In this document: piece after piece, positions 30,185 to 40,255 of the stretch
Layout of the letters: each line of letters starts with the position of its first letter
Position numbering within the stretch: position 1 is the stretch's first letter
Source: a virus
DNA length: 64,000 bases
Strand: one strand, 5' to 3'
Virus record (IMG/VR): IMGVR_UViG_3300046167_000554
Coordinates: 89,515 to 153,514 of that record
The notes under the pieces: model-generated
What the model saw: the letters and a program-made list of their open reading frames with translations, nothing else
Told to the model about the DNA's origin: nothing
Databases searched by the model: none
Translations under genes and position numbers: made by a program

Positions 30185-31555
30185 ATGGCAGATTTAGAAA
30201 ATAACCTAGAACAAGCAATAGAAGAGGCAATGCAGCCTGATTCTAAAGCAGAAAAAGGTGACTCAAAACCTGTAAAGCAAGGTTCATCAGATGCAGCTTC
30301 AATCGAAGGTGGAAAGGGTGAAGTCGTCAAACCTGAAGAAAATCCTGTTGACAAAGCAGTTGCCTCAGTAAAAGGTGCAGAGAAAGGAACCAAAGAAGTG
30401 AGTGGAGATGCTCAACAGAAAGGTGAAGCTCCTGCCGAGAAGCAAGTAAAACTTAAAAAAGTTAAAGAAGATTCTGATGAAGACAGTTCAATGTCTAAAA
30501 TGGAATCAATCAAGGCTATCGTCAACAACATGAAGGAAATGACTAAGGAAGAAATTCAACAAGTATTGGGAACAATATCTGAAGAAGAGTTAGACGAAAC
30601 CTTGACTAAAGCAGAAGTCGCAAGACAAGTAGTCGAATCATTAAAAGCAATGGACGAAGAGTCAGTTGCAGAAACATTTGAAAAAATGAAGAAAAAGTCA
30701 GACGATGACGAAGATGAAGACGAAGTCAAAGAAGAAAAAGATGAAGACGAAGATGAAGACGAAGATGACAAAGAAGTCAAAGAGTCTGCATCAGTTGAAG
30801 CATCTTTAGTTGAAATTGAAATAGATGACGACCTATCAGCAATTTCTGAAGCATTAGACTTATCAGAAGAAAATGCTGAGAAAGCAAAAACTATCTTTAC
30901 AGCTGCAGTGAAATCAAAAGTTGCAGAACTTAAAGAAGAGTTAGAGTCTCAGTATTCACAAAATTTAAAAACCTCAGTTGATACTGTTAAAGGTGACCTT
31001 ACGGAAGCAGTTGACAAGTATCTTTCATATTGTGCAGAAGAGTGGACGAAAGAAAACGAACTTGCAATAGAAAGAGGTTTGAGGTCAGAAATGACAGAAG
31101 GGTTTATTGATGGATTAAAGACATTGTTCACTGAACATTATGTCGAAGTTCCTGAAGATAAATACAATGTTATTGACGAACTCGCAAATCGTCTCGATGA
31201 GATGGAACAAAAACTTGATGGTGAAGTCACTAGAAATATGGACATCACTGAAGAGTTAGATACTCTCAAGAGAAGTAATGTGGTTAGAGAAGCTGGAAAC
31301 GACTTATCTGAATCACAAAAAGAGAAATTAGAATCTTTATCAAATGGTGTAGACTTCAAAGACGTAGAAGACTTTCAAGAGAAAGTAGTTGAAATCAAAG
31401 AAGCTTATTTCCCAAGTGATGTAGATTCTATAGTAGAAGAAACTCTAGTAATGGAAGGTGAAGGTACATACGAGGACGAAAGTTCTGAACCTGTACTTGA
31501 CCCAACTATTGCAAGATATTCATCTGCGATTAGTAAACTTAAACCATTAGGTTAA
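30185..31555 (+). CDS. gp22: Prohead scaffold gp22
   Basis: Acidic coiled coil; 'YLSYCAEEW..ENELAIERG', 'EHYVEVPEDK'. Confidence 0.9.
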   Translation: MADLENNLEQAIEEAMQPDSKAEKGDSKPVKQGSSDAASIEGGKGEVVKPEENPVDKAVASVKGAEKGTKEVSGDAQQKGEAPAEKQVKLKKVKEDSDEDSSMSKMESIKAIVNNMKEMTKEEIQQVLGTISEEELDETLTKAEVARQVVESLKAMDEESVAETFEKMKKKSDDDEDEDEVKEEKDEDEDEDEDDKEVKESASVEASLVEIEIDDDLSAISEALDLSEENAEKAKTIFTAAVKSKVAELKEELESQYSQNLKTSVDTVKGDLTEAVDKYLSYCAEEWTKENELAIERGLRSEMTEGFIDGLKTLFTEHYVEVPEDKYNVIDELANRLDEMEQKLDGEVTRNMDITEELDTLKRSNVVREAGNDLSESQKEKLESLSNGVDFKDVEDFQEKVVEIKEAYFPSDVDSIVEETLVMEGEGTYEDESSEPVLDPTIARYSSAISKLKPLG

Positions 31556-31572
31556 AATTAAAGGAAAATAAA

Positions 31573-32871
31573 ATGTTTTTATCAGAAAACTTACAAGAAA
31601 AGTGGAGCCCTATTCTAGAACACTCCGATTTGCCAAAAATCGAAGACAACTACAAAAGAGCAGTCACAGCAGTTATCCTAGAAAACCAAGAAAAAGCTCT
31701 TAACGAAGATAGAGTTACTCTTGACGAAGCTGCACCTTTAAATGCTACTGGTAGTTCTGCAATTAGTAACTGGGACCCGATTTTAATATCCCTAGTTCGT
31801 AGAGCTATGCCAAATCTCGTTGCATACGACATTTGCGGTGTTCAACCAATGACAGGCCCAACAGGACTTATCTTTGCTATGAAAGCAAGATATAACGATT
31901 ATTCTACAGCTGGTAGAGAAAACAAGACTGAAGCATTATTCAATGAAGCAGAAACTGGTTACTCAAATGCAGCTCAAGATACATCTACTCCTATTGCTGG
32001 CTCAAACCAAGACCCGTTCGCTAGTGCATACGCTACGAACACTGGTGCTGGTATGTCAACAGCAAGTGCAGAAGCACTTGGTGATGTTGAAGCATCAAAT
32101 GGTTTTGCTCAGATGGCTTTCACAATTGAGAAAGCAACTGTAACAGCAAAATCAAGAGCATTAAAAGCTGAGTACACACTCGAATTAGCACAAGACCTCA
32201 AAGCAATCCATGGTCTTGACGCGGAATCAGAACTTGCGAATATTCTTTCATCAGAAATTCTTGCAGAAATCAACAGAGAAGTTATCAGAAATGTTAACAT
32301 TCAAGGTAAAACTGGAGCAAGTGCTACTGCATCTGCTGGTACGTTTAACTTAGACGTTGATGCAAACGGAAGATGGTCTGTTGAGAAATTCAAAGGTCTA
32401 TTGTTCCAAATCGAAAGAGAATCAAATGTAATAGCAAAAGAAACACGTAGAGGAAAAGGTAACTTTATCCTATGTAGTTCTGATGTTGCATCTGCTCTTT
32501 CAATGGCTGGTGTATTAGATTATACTCCTGCGTTATCTACTAACTTAAACGTTGACGATACTGGTAATACTTTTGCTGGTGTTCTAAACGGAAGAGTTAA
32601 AGTATATATCGACCCATATGCTGGTGTTGATTACTTAACAGTAGGTTATAGAGGGTCTAACCCTTATGACGCTGGTTTATTCTATTGCCCTTACGTTCCA
32701 TTACAAATGGTTCGTGCAGTTGGTGAGAATACATTCCAACCAAAAATTGGTTTCAAAACTAGATACGGAATGGTATCTAACCCATTCGTAGGTGCTACAC
32801 CTGCTAGTGGACTAGCTTCTGCTGGAACTAACCAATACTACAGAAAATTTGCAGTTAGCAACATTCTGTAA
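31573..32871 (+). CDS. gp23: Major capsid protein gp23
   Basis: 'GVQPMTGPTGLIFAM', 'SRALKAEYT.ELAQDLKAIHGLDAE', 'FQPKIGFKTRYG'. Confidence 0.98.
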   Translation: MFLSENLQEKWSPILEHSDLPKIEDNYKRAVTAVILENQEKALNEDRVTLDEAAPLNATGSSAISNWDPILISLVRRAMPNLVAYDICGVQPMTGPTGLIFAMKARYNDYSTAGRENKTEALFNEAETGYSNAAQDTSTPIAGSNQDPFASAYATNTGAGMSTASAEALGDVEASNGFAQMAFTIEKATVTAKSRALKAEYTLELAQDLKAIHGLDAESELANILSSEILAEINREVIRNVNIQGKTGASATASAGTFNLDVDANGRWSVEKFKGLLFQIERESNVIAKETRRGKGNFILCSSDVASALSMAGVLDYTPALSTNLNVDDTGNTFAGVLNGRVKVYIDPYAGVDYLTVGYRGSNPYDAGLFYCPYVPLQMVRAVGENTFQPKIGFKTRYGMVSNPFVGATPASGLASAGTNQYYRKFAVSNIL

Positions 32872-32890
32872 GTCAATTAATTTTGATACT

Positions 32891-32920
32891 AAAAAGGTCT
32901 CTTACGAGACCTTTTTTTTT
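32891..32920. terminator. Bidirectional intrinsic terminator
   Basis: AAAAAGGTCTC-TTAC-GAGACCTTTTTTTTT. Confidence 0.85.
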
Positions 32921-33208
32921 GTTTAATGACTTTAATCGTTCAATGTCTAGGGAATACCCTATTCTTTACAGCGTGTCCTTCTAGTGAGGCCTTACCCCAA
33001 TTTTATCTAGGTGCATAGCTCGGCACCATAAAGAAATTCGTTTACCATACTTTCCCAATTCGTCAAAAATTTCAAGTACTTCTCTGTTCGGATTCTATCC
33101 ACACCTCACGATTATATGCCACGTCTTAATTGACTTTAACAGTGTGGAACACCTTTTCTATACGGAACAACCTCTCACAACCAACTTACTTCCGTCTCGA
33201 TTTCCTAC
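32921..33208 (-). ncRNA. Candidate ~290-nt structured non-coding RNA
   Basis: Bounded by a minus-strand TTGACA-N18-TATACT promoter and the bidirectional terminator; several hairpins; no substantial ORF. Confidence 0.5.
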
Positions 33209-33214
33209 TTTACT

Positions 33215-33244
33215 AGTATACCAAAAAGTTAGGTACATTGTCAA
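33215..33244 (-). promoter_or_regulatory. Sigma70-type early promoter
   Basis: Reverse complement reads TTGACA-atgtacctaactttttgg-TATACT. Confidence 0.75.
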
Positions 33245-33302
33245 CCTAAATACAAGGTAAAGAATAATCTTTACATTACACATACACACACAGGAGAAAA
33301 AT

Positions 33303-33521
33303 ATGAGTAATTCAGGAAAATCAGGGTTCGAAATCAGAGCCGACTTATTATCACAAGCAGAGGGTCTAATCGTCCTCAATTATCAGAGAGAGGTTGATGC
33401 TGTCTATATGCATAACGAAAACTTCCCAAATGATAAGAAACCTTTACCACTAAGAGAAATCACTGGTGAAGAGGTCATTCAAACTGCAAGACAGTTAAAT
33501 GAGTTTGTAATAGAGAAGTAA
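33303..33521 (+). CDS. Conserved T4-like hypothetical protein
   Basis: SD AGGAG; 'GFEIRADLL..A...EEVI..A..LNEFV'. Confidence 0.7.
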   Translation: MSNSGKSGFEIRADLLSQAEGLIVLNYQREVDAVYMHNENFPNDKKPLPLREITGEEVIQTARQLNEFVIEK

Positions 33522-33548
33522 CCTAAATAGTAGTACACGGAGATAATT

Positions 33549-33761
33549 ATGTATGATAAACAAGTGAATGTAATGGAAGGGCCATGGGAAGCAAAAACGT
33601 TTCCTAATGGGGAAGAGACAACGAATGTATTAAGTCGTAAGACAATCACAACGTTAATTAGAGATGGTTATCTATGTGAAGAAACTACAACGAGAGAGTA
33701 TCGAGATGGAGATTATTTCGATACTTCCTCGTCTAAACGGATACTAAAAATAAATGGTTGA
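33549..33761 (+). CDS. Hypothetical protein
   Basis: SD GGAG and CTAAATA upstream. Confidence 0.6.
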   Translation: MYDKQVNVMEGPWEAKTFPNGEETTNVLSRKTITTLIRDGYLCEETTTREYRDGDYFDTSSSKRILKING

Positions 33762-34287
33762 TATCAATAAATCGATTCTTAATAAGAACAACTTCAGACT
33801 TATCGTTGATAAGTGTCCTACTGTTGAATACTTTGTAAGGTCAGTAAATATTCCTGGCTTAACATTTACAGAAGTAACTCAAGCGGCAGGTGTTGGGTTG
33901 GATGCATTTTTCCCTGGCGACAAAGTGTTCTATGAAACTATGTCAGTAGAGTTTCTAGTAGATGAAGACCTAGTGAACTTCAAAGAAATCTATGACTGGA
34001 TGGATGCAATTGTTCCCGTTAGAGACCCATCATTATATAAGACTTACACATCAACAACATCTACTGAAAGTAAACAATACAGTGGAACAGATAATACAAG
34101 TCAAACATCTGATATTACACTAGTAACAAATACAAACAAAAACTTACCTAATAGATACTTTAGGTTTCATGACTGTTTCCCAATAGGATTGAGTGGATTA
34201 CAGTTAGAGAGTGGTGCAGAAGCAGAACCAGTAACTACTACAGTTGACTTTAGATTTAGTTATTACGAGATAGAAAGTACTTCCTAA
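33754..34287 (+). CDS. gp3: Tail completion protein gp3
   Basis: 'NIPGL', 'FLVDEDL.N..EIYDWM', 'F.DCFP..LSGL'. Confidence 0.85.
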   Translation: MVDINKSILNKNNFRLIVDKCPTVEYFVRSVNIPGLTFTEVTQAAGVGLDAFFPGDKVFYETMSVEFLVDEDLVNFKEIYDWMDAIVPVRDPSLYKTYTSTTSTESKQYSGTDNTSQTSDITLVTNTNKNLPNRYFRFHDCFPIGLSGLQLESGAEAEPVTTTVDFRFSYYEIESTS

Positions 34288-34332
34288 ATTCCCTTACTAA
34301 ATACCCATATATGTGGTATAATGGTATATATT

Positions 34333-34776
34333 ATGACGTTAGATGAATTAAAGAAACAGTGGACGGAAGATTGTCAAATAGATGATATCGAATTAGATAA
34401 TGCATCACTTGAAGTTCCTAAACTACATGCAAAATACCAAGACTTACTAACCAGTAAGATACTTGTACTAAAACAATACCAAAACAAATACAATGAACTA
34501 CTTAAAGATAAGTGGTTGTGGTATAATGGTAAAATGGATGAAGAGACTGTTAGAGAGAAAGGTTGGGAACCCGACCCATTTAATGGTCTTAAGATAATGA
34601 AGAATGACATGCAAATATTCTTCAATGCAGATAAAGATTTACAAGACCTCAATGCAAAGATTGAGTACCTCAAAGTTACTGTAGACTTCCTAAAGGAATG
34701 TATGCAAAATATTACATGGAGACACCAAACGATTAGAAACACAATCGATTGGAGAAAGTTCATGGCAGGACAATAA
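34333..34776 (+). CDS. uvsY: Recombination mediator UvsY
   Basis: 'PKLHAKY', 'W.WYNGK', 'I.N.IDWRKF'. Confidence 0.88.
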   Translation: MTLDELKKQWTEDCQIDDIELDNASLEVPKLHAKYQDLLTSKILVLKQYQNKYNELLKDKWLWYNGKMDEETVREKGWEPDPFNGLKIMKNDMQIFFNADKDLQDLNAKIEYLKVTVDFLKECMQNITWRHQTIRNTIDWRKFMAGQ

Positions 34777-35450
34777 TGATATTAAACAATTACTGTTACA
34801 CAATACCTATGTTATTTGATGATAGTGAAGTCGAACAGATACATCAACATGCAATGCAATATCCTATTATGGAAGGACAGGTAGGTTTCCAAAAGAGTGA
34901 CCCCGATGGGGAAGACAATGGTGGAAGAACCGATAGTAAGATAAGACAATCTGATGTAAGATGGTGTGAAGACATGTTACCACAACATTTAATAGATAAG
35001 TTATATGGTGCAGTTGAACATGCAAAGTCAGAATGTGGTTGGGGATTTGATTTTGAATATCAAGAAAAAAACCAGTATACCATATACAAACATAGACCCG
35101 ATGCAGAAGTAACGGGTGATTTCTATACATGGCATACAGATGCAGGCCCTACTCCATATGAACATAATGGTATGATAAGAAAGTTAAGTTACACTATTCA
35201 ACTATCCGACCCTGATGATTATGAGGGTGGAAACTTTCAATGGATAGAAGATATACGTGCAAAGGATACTCTTACTAAAGGTAATTACAATAGAAACATG
35301 GAAGACTTTGTTGTCACTGCACCATTCTCTGCAAAACAGAAGGGGTCTCTTATCCTATTCCCATCATTTCTACATCACCAAGTCACACCCTTAATAAGAG
35401 GAACTAGAATATCATTAGTTGGTTGGTTATGTGGATATCCTTATAGATAA
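34776..35450 (+). CDS. 2OG-Fe(II) oxygenase
   Basis: 'FYTWHTD', 'RKLS..IQLSDP.DYEGG', 'FPSFLHHQVTP..RG.R.SLVGW'. Confidence 0.88.
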   Translation: MILNNYCYTIPMLFDDSEVEQIHQHAMQYPIMEGQVGFQKSDPDGEDNGGRTDSKIRQSDVRWCEDMLPQHLIDKLYGAVEHAKSECGWGFDFEYQEKNQYTIYKHRPDAEVTGDFYTWHTDAGPTPYEHNGMIRKLSYTIQLSDPDDYEGGNFQWIEDIRAKDTLTKGNYNRNMEDFVVTAPFSAKQKGSLILFPSFLHHQVTPLIRGTRISLVGWLCGYPYR

Positions 35451-36872
35451 ATGAAAGTTACAGTATCAAAAGTGGATGAGGTCTTCATGCACGTTGATTG
35501 TGATGATGGTCTTGCAAAAGACTTACATGACTTCTTCTCATTCAAAGTACCAGGCGCAAAGTTTATGCCTTCCTACAAGAATAAGTGGTGGGATGGTAAG
35601 GTCTATCTTTTTTCAATAAAAACACACAAAATTTATATCGGACTACTTCCATATGTAGATGAGTTCTGTAGAGAAAGAGGATTTGAGTTTGAAGGTGTTA
35701 CAGATATCCTAGGAACTAAAACAAGAGAGAAAGTCAGTCAATCTTGGTTAGCAGATTTAAAACTTCCCTTTGAACCTAGAGATTATCAGATAGATGCACT
35801 CAATGAAACAATTCAATATGGAAGACAACTACTATTGTCTCCAACTGCAAGTGGTAAGTCTCTTATCATTTATTTACTTGCAAGATACTATGATAAGAAA
35901 ACAATAATTATTGTTCCTACTACATCGTTAGTAGAACAGATGACAAAGGATTTTGAAGAATATGGATATGATAAAGATGTGTGTAAAATTTATAGTGGTC
36001 AACCTGTATTTCCTGCTGACATTACGATATCAACATGGCAAAGTTTTGCTAAAGCACCTAAAGAAGTCCTACAAGGATTTGACGTAGTCGTAGGAGATGA
36101 AGCTCATCTATTCAAAGCAAATGTACTGAAAGGTATACTTGAAAAGATGAAGACGACTGCAATCCGTATAGGAACTACAGGAACCTTAGATGGTTCAGAG
36201 GTTCATAGATTGCAACTAGAAGGGTTGTTCGGCCCAGTCAAAAAGGTCATAACCACAAAGGAATTAATGGACGAAGGAACTATTGCAAATTTAAATATTG
36301 ATTGTGTCATACTTCGTCATACTAAAATGAAGAAAATGACCTACCAAGATGAGATGGATTACCTCGTATCAAGTGATAGTAGAAATGAGTTTATATGCAA
36401 CTTAGTGTATTCCCTAAGAGGAAACACACTAGTATTGTTTCAATACATAGAAAAACATGGTCAACCATTATGGGAATTGTTCAATCCCATGGTCAGTAGA
36501 ATGAATGGAACATTGCATTATGTTCATGGTGGAACTGATACAGAAGACCGAGAAATGGTTAGAGAAATAGTCGATAATCCAAAAAAGAAAAATAATGTCA
36601 TACTAGCATCATACGGAACTTTCTCTACTGGTGTAAATATAAAGAAGATTGATAATGTAGTCTTTGCATCACCCTCAAAATCAAGAATTAGAAACCTACA
36701 ATCTATTGGTAGAGGTCTAAGAAAAGCAGATGGTAAAACAGAGATGAGGTTATTTGATATATCAGATGACTTACAATGCAATAATCATACTCTCAACCAC
36801 CTCAAAGAACGTATAAATATATACAACGAAGAAAACTTTACATACGAGATAAGGCAATTTGATTTAAAATGA
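35451..36872 (+). CDS. uvsW: UvsW SF2 helicase
   Basis: 'PTASGKS', 'DEAH', 'QSIGRGLR'. Confidence 0.95.
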   Translation: MKVTVSKVDEVFMHVDCDDGLAKDLHDFFSFKVPGAKFMPSYKNKWWDGKVYLFSIKTHKIYIGLLPYVDEFCRERGFEFEGVTDILGTKTREKVSQSWLADLKLPFEPRDYQIDALNETIQYGRQLLLSPTASGKSLIIYLLARYYDKKTIIIVPTTSLVEQMTKDFEEYGYDKDVCKIYSGQPVFPADITISTWQSFAKAPKEVLQGFDVVVGDEAHLFKANVLKGILEKMKTTAIRIGTTGTLDGSEVHRLQLEGLFGPVKKVITTKELMDEGTIANLNIDCVILRHTKMKKMTYQDEMDYLVSSDSRNEFICNLVYSLRGNTLVLFQYIEKHGQPLWELFNPMVSRMNGTLHYVHGGTDTEDREMVREIVDNPKKKNNVILASYGTFSTGVNIKKIDNVVFASPSKSRIRNLQSIGRGLRKADGKTEMRLFDISDDLQCNNHTLNHLKERINIYNEENFTYEIRQFDLK

Positions 36873-37358
36873 CAAGACCACAAGATTTAACACCAAGACA
36901 ATACGAAGTTGTAAAACTTAGAACTGGTACTGAACTTGTCGGAATGGTCAGAGAAACACCTAAAGGATTACAGGTAACCCTACCTATGATATGTCAATTA
37001 TCAATCACTGGTGGTAATTCAACCCTTGCAACATTCTATCCGTATGCACCCCTATCTTCAGACCCAGTCTTATTGATTGCACCAAATGATGTTATGCATA
37101 GAAGTGTTATGAATGAACAATTCATTCCGTTCTATGACGAAGCTTCGTCTAAGTGGTTGAACATGGTAGAGACAGGGAACTATTCCATTGACTAATGATT
37201 TACATTCTCATAGTAGAAAACTTGCAAAGGGTTTTGTTGATGATGCATTACAACAAGTCATAGATGCAACTGGTGGGGATATCACGGATGAAGAACTTGA
37301 CATGTTAGAAGAGTTTGAAGCATTTCAAGAATCCAAAGAAAAAAAAGTTATTCATTAA
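36869..37358 (+). CDS. Conserved hypothetical protein after uvsW (frameshift near 37180)
   Basis: 'VVKL.TG.ELVG' N-terminus; continues in a shifted frame to KKVIH-stop. Confidence 0.55.
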
Positions 37359-37452
37359 TTCTTAGGTTTTCAATCTTACTAAATAAGTGCGTAGACTCAG
37401 TGTACTTATAACTGATTATACATTTTACTTATAACTTAACTTTAGGAAAACC

Positions 37453-37626
37453 ATGACCACAGCAACTTATTTTGCGAAGAGCATGGTACGAAAAGCTAGA
37501 GAAGTCAACCATGTCATTCGTCCTCAAAAACGAAAATTAGTTGACACTATCGAATTTCTAGTGCTGATGACTCTTCCATTCTTACTACCATTTATAGTGA
37601 TGGCGTTATCCGTAAAAGGATACTAA
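37453..37626 (+). CDS. 57-aa membrane peptide
   Basis: SD AGGA; C-terminal hydrophobic helix FLVLMTLPFLLPFIVMALSV. Confidence 0.6.
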   Translation: MTTATYFAKSMVRKAREVNHVIRPQKRKLVDTIEFLVLMTLPFLLPFIVMALSVKGY

Positions 37627-37628
37627 CC

Positions 37629-37718
37629 ATGAACTTACAAAAACTTAGAGAAACTTTGGAGATATCCACGTTGATGGGTATCTTTATAATTTCAGTATTT
37701 TCAATTACAGGAATATAA
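37629..37718 (+). CDS. 29-aa membrane peptide
   Basis: MNLQKLRETLEISTLMGIFIISVFSITGI; fills the gap between neighbours exactly. Confidence 0.5.
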   Translation: MNLQKLRETLEISTLMGIFIISVFSITGI

Positions 37719-37719
37719 T

Positions 37720-38154
37720 ATGAAAGGATACATTTTTACAATCTGTATTGCAATGGTTACGACTATTGCATTTGCATATAACGGACTCGAATACAAAGGA
37801 GTACCTAGTCACACCTCTTGCACTGGTCAGTGTTATGTTGACTATGTTGCATTGAACGGAACACCTGCTGAGATGGAACAGAGAAAGAAAGAACTTGCAA
37901 GTACAGATGAGTTTAGTGATATCAGAGGTCTATGGGCAGGTTGTGCAGCTTGTCATGGTGCAGAAGGTCAAGGTATGGCAGTCTTCCCTAAACTTGCTGG
38001 TCAGTCACAAGACTATATTGTTGGTAGACTTAATGCATATAAGAATAGAGAAACAGTCGGTAACATGTCTTCTACTATGTGGTCTCAAGCAGGAATGTTA
38101 AGTGATGCACAAATTAATATGATTGGTAAGTTTATAGAGGTGGAGTTAAAGTAA
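37720..38154 (+). CDS. Class I c-type cytochrome (c553/c4-like)
   Basis: Signal peptide, CAACH haem motif, 'P.LAGQ...YI...L..YK', distal Met. Confidence 0.9.
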   Translation: MKGYIFTICIAMVTTIAFAYNGLEYKGVPSHTSCTGQCYVDYVALNGTPAEMEQRKKELASTDEFSDIRGLWAGCAACHGAEGQGMAVFPKLAGQSQDYIVGRLNAYKNRETVGNMSSTMWSQAGMLSDAQINMIGKFIEVELK

Positions 38155-38360
38155 TGTACGTTCCTTGGTTTACAAAACCCGATACTCAAAAGAAAATACT
38201 ACAGGTTGTAAATCTCTCTCCTGATGTGTCCGTTTTAGATAAGATAGAAGAAGTTCACCCAATGAAACAGATTGCAGTGATGTCAGTCGTGCAAGTCCTC
38301 GTTTTCGGTTTTATGCTGTTGTCCTTTTGGTTAATCAACGTAGGATTGGACAGATTATGA
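38154..38360 (+). CDS. Small membrane protein
   Basis: C-terminal TM helix; coupled start and stop. Confidence 0.6.
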   Translation: MYVPWFTKPDTQKKILQVVNLSPDVSVLDKIEEVHPMKQIAVMSVVQVLVFGFMLLSFWLINVGLDRL

Positions 38361-38482
38361 AACACTATATAGTATATACAGTTTTAGGATGGTGCATGTT
38401 TGAACTTGCCGTTGGTGATATCGATAGAATGAGTCGTGCAATCAGTAGTCCTAGTAAGAGTAGAGTAGTTTCCTACACTTAA
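38357..38482 (+). CDS. 41-aa peptide
   Basis: ATGA overlap; hydrophobic N-terminus. Confidence 0.45.
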   Translation: MKHYIVYTVLGWCMFELAVGDIDRMSRAISSPSKSRVVSYT

Positions 38483-38627
38483 TCCCTTATTATAGTATAT
38501 CCCCCTTGGGACATATTCATTTTATCATACTTTTCCCAGTTGTCTAGGGACTTTTTATAAATACTTTAAAATAAATAAATATGAAAAAACCCCTTGTCAA
38601 TCCCCATTTAATCAGTATAATAGAGGT

Positions 38628-39191
38628 ATGACTACTAAAAAAGACCCTAAAAAAGCAGAACATTACGTCAACAATAAAGAGTTTACTGCAGCTGTAGACG
38701 ACTTCAATAAGTCAGTCAAGAAGTCAATTGCAGAAGGAAAGGAAACTCCTAGAATGACGGAATACATTGGGGAATGTATTTACAAAATTGCTACTCGTTT
38801 ATCGACTAGACCAAACTTTATCAATTACACTTACCGAGACGAAATGATTTGTGATGCAATCGAGAATTGTATCCAATACATAGGTAACTTTAATAGAGAA
38901 AAATCAGACAATGCATTTGCATATGTCACTCAGATTTGTTATTACGCTTTCTTAAGAAGGATTCAGAAAGAGAAGAAACAAGTCTACATCAAACAACAAG
39001 CAACCGATGCCACAGGTATCACCATGGATGCTTTCACAACAATAGATGGACAACATGATTCATCACTTACAAATACAAATGTAGAGTGGATGCAAGAGAA
39101 CATGAATCGTGTTGAATACGAACCTCGTAAATCCAAAAGAAAACCAAAAGAAAATACAAAAACTAACTTAGAGAAATTCACCAAAGAATGA
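38628..39191 (+). CDS. gp55: Late sigma factor gp55
   Basis: 'HYVNNKEF', 'RPNFINYTYRDEMI.DAIENC', 'AFAY.TQI.YYAFLRRI.KEKKQ'. Confidence 0.95.
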   Translation: MTTKKDPKKAEHYVNNKEFTAAVDDFNKSVKKSIAEGKETPRMTEYIGECIYKIATRLSTRPNFINYTYRDEMICDAIENCIQYIGNFNREKSDNAFAYVTQICYYAFLRRIQKEKKQVYIKQQATDATGITMDAFTTIDGQHDSSLTNTNVEWMQENMNRVEYEPRKSKRKPKENTKTNLEKFTKE

Positions 39192-40255
39192 AGTTTGCAA
39201 TCCTAAACGATACCCATGCTGGGGTACGTTCTGATATGGTCGAGATGTCCGAATATCAAGGACGTTTTTACAATGAAGTATTCTTTCCATATATGGAAGA
39301 GAATGATATTACACATATAGTTCACTTAGGTGATTACTTTGATAGAAGAAAGTATATTAACTTTGCAACTATGAAAGCAAATATAAAACACTTCATAGAA
39401 CCTATGACAGAGAAGGGGTTTACTATGGATTTAATCCTAGGTAATCATGACACTTATTATAAGTCAACAAATGAAGTGAATGCACCCGAGTTACTTTTAT
39501 ACAATCAACCAAATGTAAACGTTATTGCAGAACCCGAAGTAAAAGAGTTCGATGGTTTTAATGTTGCATTAGTTCCGTGGATTAATCCCGAAAACTATGC
39601 AGATTCAGTTGAGTTCCTTAGAAGTGCAAATGCATCATGGTGTATGGGTCACTTTGAATTTGAAGGTGCATTGATGATGCCAGGCATGACATGTCAACAC
39701 GGGTTCGACCATTCCTATGTTAAGAGATTTGACAAAGTATTGAGTGGTCACTTCCATCAGAAATCAGAGTTTGCAAACATCCGATATCTTGGAAGTCAAA
39801 TGCAATTCACATGGTCAGATTATGGAGATAACAAATACTTCCATATCTTTGATACCGATACACAAGAGTTAACACCAGTCTTAAATCCAATAGAAATGTT
39901 TGAGAAAGTATTCTATGATGATACTAAAGAAACATTCGAATCAATTGCAAATGCAGATTACAGTAATGTAACCAAGAAGTTTGTAAAAGTGATAGTAGTG
40001 AACAAAGACAACCCATATTGGTTTGATACATTCTTAGATAAGATACATGCAAATGCACCGATACATTTATCAGTAGTAGACGACCATAAACACATGGATG
40101 TGTTAGGAGACGATGAGATAGAAGATATAGAAGACACTCTAACTATTCTATCAAAGTATGTGGATGGTTTAGATATCCAAGGCAAAAAGAAACCACTCAA
40201 CGAATTAATGACCACACTATACAATGAAGCCTTAGATGAACATTCCTTTTTATGA
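39188..40255 (+). CDS. gp47: Recombination endonuclease gp47 (Mre11-like)
   Basis: DTH, LGD.FD, GNHD, GHFH motifs. Confidence 0.95.
   Translation: MKFAILNDTHAGVRSDMVEMSEYQGRFYNEVFFPYMEENDITHIVHLGDYFDRRKYINFATMKANIKHFIEPMTEKGFTMDLILGNHDTYYKSTNEVNAPELLLYNQPNVNVIAEPEVKEFDGFNVALVPWINPENYADSVEFLRSANASWCMGHFEFEGALMMPGMTCQHGFDHSYVKRFDKVLSGHFHQKSEFANIRYLGSQMQFTWSDYGDNKYFHIFDTDTQELTPVLNPIEMFEKVFYDDTKETFESIANADYSNVTKKFVKVIVVNKDNPYWFDTFLDKIHANAPIHLSVVDDHKHMDVLGDDEIEDIEDTLTILSKYVDGLDIQGKKKPLNELMTTLYNEALDEHSFL

Noticed and set aside
32921-33208. tmRNA, 6S or RNase P identity for the antisense RNA
   Set aside because: No tRNA-like ends, tag reading frame or recognisable conserved helices were found.
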